Shown here: positions 58,898-64,000 of the stretch, piece after piece
How positions within the stretch are numbered: the first letter of the stretch is position 1
Layout: each line of letters opens with the position of its first letter
Assembly: GCA_031458775.1 (NCBI GenBank)
Contig: JAVKJV010000008.1
Coordinates: forward strand, 3,823-67,822
Direction: 5' to 3'
From: Candidatus Fervidifonticultor quartus
GTDB taxonomy: Bacteria; Sysuimicrobiota; Sysuimicrobiia; Sysuimicrobiales; Humicultoraceae
Length of the DNA stretch: 64,000 nt
Position numbers and translations under genes: made by a program
Notes under the pieces: model-generated
The model's input: the letters and a program-made list of their open reading frames with translations, nothing else
What the model was told of the DNA's origin: nothing
Database searches by the model: none

Positions 58898-60468
58898 AGG
58901 CGTCGTGTGTGATCGCCGCGTACAACGAGGCCCGCACCGTCGCCTCGGTGATCGAGGCGGTCCGGCGGGTCCCAGAGGTCTCGGAGATCATCGTCGTCTC
59001 GGACGGGTCCACCGATGACACCGCGGAGGTCGCGGCGGCGGCAGGTGCCGACCTGATCGTGCAGCTCCCCAAGAACCTCGGGAAGGGCGGCGCCATCATG
59101 GCCGGGGCCCGGCGCGCGACCGAGCCCGTGCTGTTGCTGCTGGACGCCGACCTCGAGAACCTCAAGCCCTCTGAGATCAGCGGTCTCGTCCGGCCGGTGC
59201 TCAGCGGCATCTGCGACATGGCGGTCGGTGTCATGGCCGAGGACCTCGTCCAGAACGTCCTGCCGATTCTGTCGGGGCTGCGGGTGATCCGTCGCGACGC
59301 CTTGCTCAGCCGTCCCGATCTGGCCGTTACCGGGTACGGGATCGAGATGGCGCTCACCGAAATGGCCCGCAAGCTGAAATGGAAGGTCGCGCGGGCGCCA
59401 TTCACCGGGGTCGTACACCTCCGCAAGGAGAAGAAGCACAACCTCGTCCAGGCGTACCGGGGAAAGGTCTCCATGACCCTCGACGTGCTCGGTCTGCGAC
59501 GACGGCGGCGTAACGGCGCGACCAGACCCCGGGCGCGAATTCTGGCCGTGGCCAGCCTGATCGCGATGGTGACCTACGTGGGCATAGGACTCTTCTCAGC
59601 GAAACGCGCAGTGGGGAGCGCGCTCGACGTGTTCCCAGACCCGGTCTATGGTGACCGCTTCCTCGTCGTTGCCGCGCACGCCGACGACGAACTCCTGGCC
59701 GCAGGCGGGCTGATTCAGCGCGCGCTGGCCTCGGGCGCCGATGTCTGGGTCGTGTTTGTAACGAACGGTGACGCCAACCGGTTCGCGGCCTCGATCAGCG
59801 GCAAGCGGCTGCTGCCGAGACCGGCGGACTACGTGGCCGAGGGTGAGGCACGGCAGCAGGAAGCGTACCGGGTGCTCAACCGGTTGGGCCTGCCAGCGGA
59901 CCGCGTCATCTTCCTCGGGTATCCGGACCGCGGCTTGATGGCGCTGGCATCCGTCCGCCGCGATCCCGGGAAGCCCTATACGTCACCGTTCACAAAGGCG
60001 TCGGCGTCACCGTACCGTCTGACATTCAGGCCCAAGGCCCCCTACACCGGGAGTGATCTCCTGCGCGATCTGGAGGCGGTCGTGCTCCAGACCCGGCCAA
60101 CCGTAGTGCTCACCCATCACGAGAGAGACCGCCACAGCGACCACCAGGCGCTCAACCTGCTCGTGCGCGAGACCATCCGCTCGCTCGAGCAGCGGGGCCA
60201 GCTCTACCGGCCGCAGCTCTTCACCTACCTCGTGCACGCGTGGGACTACCCCCGACCGCTGCGTTACGCGCCGGATCTTCCGCTGCTACCGCCCCGATCG
60301 CTCCAAGACGGCGAGCGCTGGGTGCGTCTTGAGCTGACGTCCGAGGAACTCGCGACCAAGCAGGCCGCCATGCGCCACTACCGTAGCCAGCTCGACAGCC
60401 CGTATCTGCGCCTGCTCCTGCACAGCTTCCTGCGGCAAAACGAGCTGTTCGCGGTCACCGAGCCCTGA
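58894..60468 (+). CDS. GT2 glycosyltransferase - TM - PIG-L family deacetylase fusion
   Basis: IAAYNE, SDGSTD, NLGKGGA, DAD; one TM; AHADDE, TNGD, FLGYPD, HSDH, SQ. Confidence 0.88.
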   Translation: MKASCVIAAYNEARTVASVIEAVRRVPEVSEIIVVSDGSTDDTAEVAAAAGADLIVQLPKNLGKGGAIMAGARRATEPVLLLLDADLENLKPSEISGLVRPVLSGICDMAVGVMAEDLVQNVLPILSGLRVIRRDALLSRPDLAVTGYGIEMALTEMARKLKWKVARAPFTGVVHLRKEKKHNLVQAYRGKVSMTLDVLGLRRRRRNGATRPRARILAVASLIAMVTYVGIGLFSAKRAVGSALDVFPDPVYGDRFLVVAAHADDELLAAGGLIQRALASGADVWVVFVTNGDANRFAASISGKRLLPRPADYVAEGEARQQEAYRVLNRLGLPADRVIFLGYPDRGLMALASVRRDPGKPYTSPFTKASASPYRLTFRPKAPYTGSDLLRDLEAVVLQTRPTVVLTHHERDRHSDHQALNLLVRETIRSLEQRGQLYRPQLFTYLVHAWDYPRPLRYAPDLPLLPPRSLQDGERWVRLELTSEELATKQAAMRHYRSQLDSPYLRLLLHSFLRQNELFAVTEP

Positions 60469-60472
60469 TCCG

Positions 60473-61354
60473 TTGTTTCGCGGCTACGCGCAGGTCGCAG
60501 CGGCGGCGTGCCTGTGGGGCACGATTGGGCTCGCCGCCCGCCGCGCCTTCGCCGCCGGTCTCACGCCACTGAACGGCGCCACCTGGCGGGCCGCCGGCGC
60601 GTTCGCGCTGCTGCTGGTTTTCTGCCTCGTGGCGGACCGCCACGCGCTGCGCGTGCGGCGCGGTGACCTGCCGCTGCTCGGCGCCTACGGCGCCGTCAGC
60701 GTGGCCGGATTCATGACCGTCTACTTCGCCGCGATCAATCTGACGACCGTGGCAACGGCCGCGGTGCTGCTCTACACGGCGCCGGCATGGGTGGTCGTGC
60801 TCGCGCGCGCGGTCTTCGGCGAACCCGTGACGCCGATGAAGGCGTCGGCCGTCATGCTGACGTTCGCCGGGTGCGTGCTCGTGATCGGCGCGGTCGGGTC
60901 GGGCGCGGTGCGGCTGGCACCCGCCGGACTCCTGACCGGACTCGGCGCGGGGTTGACCTACGCGTTGTACAGCATCTTCGGCAAAACCGCGCTGCGCCGG
61001 CTGTCGCCGCTCACAACCGTCACGTACACGCTCGGCTTCGGCGCGCTGTTCCTGGCGGCTCTCTCGGGCGGGCTGCCGGCGCTGCCGCCAGGCGGGGTCC
61101 TGCCGCTCGCCTATATCGCGACGTTCCCAACGGCAGTCGCCTACGTGCTGTACATCAGCGGCCTGCGGTGGGTGGAGGCGGGTCGGGCGAGCGTCGTGGC
61201 GACCCTGGAGCCGGTCGTCGCAGCGCTGACCGGCGCGCTGGTGCTGCGGGAGGCCTTCGGCATCACCCAGTGGATCGGCGCGGCGCTGGTCATCGCCGGG
61301 GTGGCGCTGGTCCAAGGTGAGCAAATCTGGCGCTGGCCGAGGCGCCTCGGGTGA
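60473..61354 (+). CDS. EamA/DMT family transporter
   Basis: About ten TMs, LLYTAP, ATLEPVVA, LRE. Confidence 0.9.
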   Translation: MFRGYAQVAAAACLWGTIGLAARRAFAAGLTPLNGATWRAAGAFALLLVFCLVADRHALRVRRGDLPLLGAYGAVSVAGFMTVYFAAINLTTVATAAVLLYTAPAWVVVLARAVFGEPVTPMKASAVMLTFAGCVLVIGAVGSGAVRLAPAGLLTGLGAGLTYALYSIFGKTALRRLSPLTTVTYTLGFGALFLAALSGGLPALPPGGVLPLAYIATFPTAVAYVLYISGLRWVEAGRASVVATLEPVVAALTGALVLREAFGITQWIGAALVIAGVALVQGEQIWRWPRRLG

Positions 61355-61363
61355 AGGAGATGG

Positions 61364-62635
61364 ATGGCTGATCGCCGCCGGGTGATCATCGTCGGCGGAG
61401 GGTTCGGCGGGTTGTGGGCGGCCCGCGCGCTGGCCGGGGGTCCGGCCGACGTGCTGCTCATCGACCGGTGCAACTATCACACGTTCCTGCCGCTGCTCTA
61501 CCAGGTCGGCGCCGCCGAACTGGAGCCCGAGGCGATCGCGTACCCCATCCGCAGCATTCTGCGAAGACAGCGGTCCCTCCGCTTCATGATGGCCGATGTC
61601 AAAGCCGTGGACCTCGCCGCCCGCACCATCGCGACCGAGCACCAGCGTGTGCCCTATGACTTCCTCATCCTGGCCGCGGGCAGTGTCTCGCATTTCTTCG
61701 GCGTGGCCGGCGCGGCGGAACACGCGTTCCCGCTCAAGACGCTCCCGCAGGGAGGGACACTGCGCAATCACATCCTCTGCTGCTTTGAACGCGCGGCGCA
61801 CGAACCGGACGCGGCGCTGCGCCGGGAGCTGCTCACCTTCGCCATCGTCGGTGGCGGCCCGACCGGCGTCGAGTTCGCCGGCGCGCTCGCGGAGCTGATC
61901 CGCGGCCCACTGGTCAAGGACTATCCTGGGCTGGATTTCCAAGAGGTACGGGTGGTCCTGCTCGAAGCCGTGGAGAGACTGCTGCCGGGCCTCCCTGACC
62001 GGCTGCAGGCGTACGCGCTGTCACGGCTCCGCCAGATGGGCGTGGACGTGCGGGTGCGAGCGGCGGTCGGCGAGATCAGGCGCGAGGCCGTGTGCCTGAG
62101 GGACGGCACGATCATCCCGGCGCGGACCGTGGTGTGGACCGCCGGGGTGCGCGGCGAGCCGCTCGCCCAGGCCTGGGGGCTACCAACGAGCCGGGCCGGA
62201 CGCGTGACCGTGCTGCCGACGTTGCAGGTGCCGGATCATCCCGACGTCTATGTCGTGGGCGACCTGGCCCATGTCGAACAGGATGGCCGGCCGCTGCCGA
62301 TGATTGCGCCGGTGGCCATTCAGCAGGGAGAGGCGGCCGGCCGCAACGTCGCGCGACAACTGCGTGGCGAGGCGCCACTCGAGTTCCGCTATCGCGACCG
62401 GGGCGCGATGGCCGTAATCGGCCGGAACGCGGCCGTCGCGCACGTCTGGGGCCGCGGGTTCACAGGCTTCCCCGCCTGGGTGCTCTGGCTCGGCGTCCAC
62501 CTGGTAAATCTGATCGGTTTCCGAAACCGCCTGGTCGTGTTGATCAACTGGGCGTGGGACTACTTCTTCTATGAGCGCGCCGTGCGCCTGATCCTGACAG
62601 CCGAAGAGACGCGAGTGGGAAGTTCCGGCGACTAG
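61364..62635 (+). CDS. ndh: Type II NADH dehydrogenase
   Basis: [46 protein letters not shown]. Confidence 0.9.
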   Translation: MADRRRVIIVGGGFGGLWAARALAGGPADVLLIDRCNYHTFLPLLYQVGAAELEPEAIAYPIRSILRRQRSLRFMMADVKAVDLAARTIATEHQRVPYDFLILAAGSVSHFFGVAGAAEHAFPLKTLPQGGTLRNHILCCFERAAHEPDAALRRELLTFAIVGGGPTGVEFAGALAELIRGPLVKDYPGLDFQEVRVVLLEAVERLLPGLPDRLQAYALSRLRQMGVDVRVRAAVGEIRREAVCLRDGTIIPARTVVWTAGVRGEPLAQAWGLPTSRAGRVTVLPTLQVPDHPDVYVVGDLAHVEQDGRPLPMIAPVAIQQGEAAGRNVARQLRGEAPLEFRYRDRGAMAVIGRNAAVAHVWGRGFTGFPAWVLWLGVHLVNLIGFRNRLVVLINWAWDYFFYERAVRLILTAEETRVGSSGD

Positions 62636-63666
62636 AACCGCAGGGCCACGTCCACGTCGTAGAGCACGCCGCCGGTGCGGATCCCGGGCAGGGTCAGCCG
62701 CGCCGACGTCACGGCCGGCGGATACGGCAGCGGCTCGAAGACCAACCGGCCGCGTGCCTGGCCGCGTGCCTCGACGCGGTTCGGCAAGTCGCTGCGCATG
62801 ACCCGCACCGCGTACGTCACCCCGGTGCCATCGGTCAGCCGCGCGTCCGCGATGGCCATGAACAGCTCGGCCGGCGTCGCAGCCGTGTTCTCAACGGTCA
62901 CGATGAGCGTGGTCGCGTCCTTGATGAACTCCGCTCGCGACACGCTGACCGCGATCGGGCCGGTCTCGGCGCGGGCGCTCACGGGAAACGCTTGAAGGCC
63001 GGGCGGGAGCGGCGCGAAACCGACCGGCGGCTCGGCGGGCCGGAACGACATCTGACAGTTGCGCACCTCGACCGGCGGGAGCGGCGTGCCGACCTCGGTG
63101 GTGAGTCCGTCGAGCACTACGGAGAACCGAGCCGGCCACGCCGTGGGCCGGAAGTACACGGAGCCCCTGACCGATGCACCGGGTGCCAGATCGCCGGCTC
63201 TGAGGAGCCGCGACTCGATCGCCCGGCTCTGGAGGTCGAACGGGCCGAGGCCGACCGCGACACCGAACGAACCGGATTGGAAGACACCGTAGACGCTGGC
63301 GTACGACGCGGTGGCGGTACGCAGCGTGTAGACGACGTCGTCGCGGGCTGCTGCACTAATGGAGTTGCCTTGCTCAGGCATCAGCGTAAAGCGTGCCGGG
63401 TCGAGCCGAAGCCGGCCCTGGCTCTTGTTCGCCAGCGTCAGTTCGACCTCAACGTAGTACGGCACCGCTCGGGTGTGCACGGCGCCTGTCGCGGCCAGCG
63501 CTGCGGTCTCTGTCTGACACCGGGGCGCGGCCTGCGCGACGAGTGCCGACCCCTGGGCCGACGACGAAGACTGAGCGGGTGTTGCCAGCATAGACCCCAC
63601 GAGCATCGCCGCCGCGCACCACGCGGTGACTGCTCTGCTGATCGACCCCTGTGTTCGCCGCCTCAT
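62632..63666 (-). CDS. Secreted hypothetical protein with two Ig-like (DUF4352-like) domains
   Basis: Signal peptide; repeated pattern of V.N..., [13 protein letters not shown] and [15 protein letters not shown]. Confidence 0.7.
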   Translation of the reverse strand: MRRRTQGSISRAVTAWCAAAMLVGSMLATPAQSSSSAQGSALVAQAAPRCQTETAALAATGAVHTRAVPYYVEVELTLANKSQGRLRLDPARFTLMPEQGNSISAAARDDVVYTLRTATASYASVYGVFQSGSFGVAVGLGPFDLQSRAIESRLLRAGDLAPGASVRGSVYFRPTAWPARFSVVLDGLTTEVGTPLPPVEVRNCQMSFRPAEPPVGFAPLPPGLQAFPVSARAETGPIAVSVSRAEFIKDATTLIVTVENTAATPAELFMAIADARLTDGTGVTYAVRVMRSDLPNRVEARGQARGRLVFEPLPYPPAVTSARLTLPGIRTGGVLYDVDVALRF

Positions 63667-63700
63667 CGTGGCCCGCCCCCCGACCAAGCAGCTCTCCCCA

Positions 63701-64000
63701 CTATTCTAATGCCCGAACCCGCCTCCGCCGCAGCACCGCCGCGGCGAGCAGGGCGCCGGCGGTCAGCGCGGCCGCGCTCGCCAGGAACGGAGCCTGCGGA
63801 CCGAGACTATCCCACAACAGCCCGCCCAGCAGCGGGCCGAGCACAAGGCCCAACCCCTGCACGGTCTCCGAGGCGCCGACCGCCAGGCCGAGACGTCCGG
63901 GCGGCGCGAGGTCGGTCACCAGCGCCAGCCAAGCCGGGATCACGAGCGCGTAACTCCCGCCCAGCAGGACGCCGGCGGCGATGAGCCAGCTCAGGTGCCG
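63701..64000 (-). CDS. MFS transporter, C-terminal part
   Basis: DLAPPGRLGLAVG, GLVLGPLLGGLLWD..G..APF. Confidence 0.85.
   Translation of the reverse strand, partial: RHLSWLIAAGVLLGGSYALVIPAWLALVTDLAPPGRLGLAVGASETVQGLGLVLGPLLGGLLWDSLGPQAPFLASAAALTAGALLAAAVLRRRRVRALE

Overview
High-GC bacterial chromosomal window, densely coding; I see no CRISPR array, integrase, transposase or prophage. Left part: N-terminus of an ArsA/GET3-type ATPase, a Zur-like regulator with a znuABC-type operon, a YwiC-like protein, SCO and PCuAC copper chaperones behind a proline-tailed leader ORF, and a secreted metallophosphoesterase whose leader carries a c-di-GMP-I riboswitch followed by a second, unidentified structured RNA. 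Core block: nadE, mfd, PrsA-like foldase, mazG, S4 protein, eno, ftsB/divIC, S1 protein. Then a heterodimeric ABC exporter, four type IV minor pilins (one large ComZ/PilX-like), pxpA and hydrolases, a nanE / lytic-transglycosylase / sugar-ABC locus, a PLP decarboxylase read through into a cNMP-binding domain, dppA, a DASS transporter, a cyclase-STAND-TPR protein, tRNA-Glu(CTC) flanked by deletion scars (cysteine synthase/chrB, CoA-binding protein, pobA/CoA-transferase/pcaB), an amino-sugar catabolic island, a methyltransferase / GT2-PIG-L fusion / EamA operon, NDH-2 and the end of an MFS gene. A sigmaH-like AGGA-N17-GAA motif recurs in front of four genes. Best novelty candidates: the riboswitch-gated unknown RNA, the GT2-TM-PIG-L operon, the amino-sugar island and the signal-less Cys-insert transglycosylase. 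All calls come from reading motifs by eye; no searches were run, and many start codons are my choice based on RBS position.
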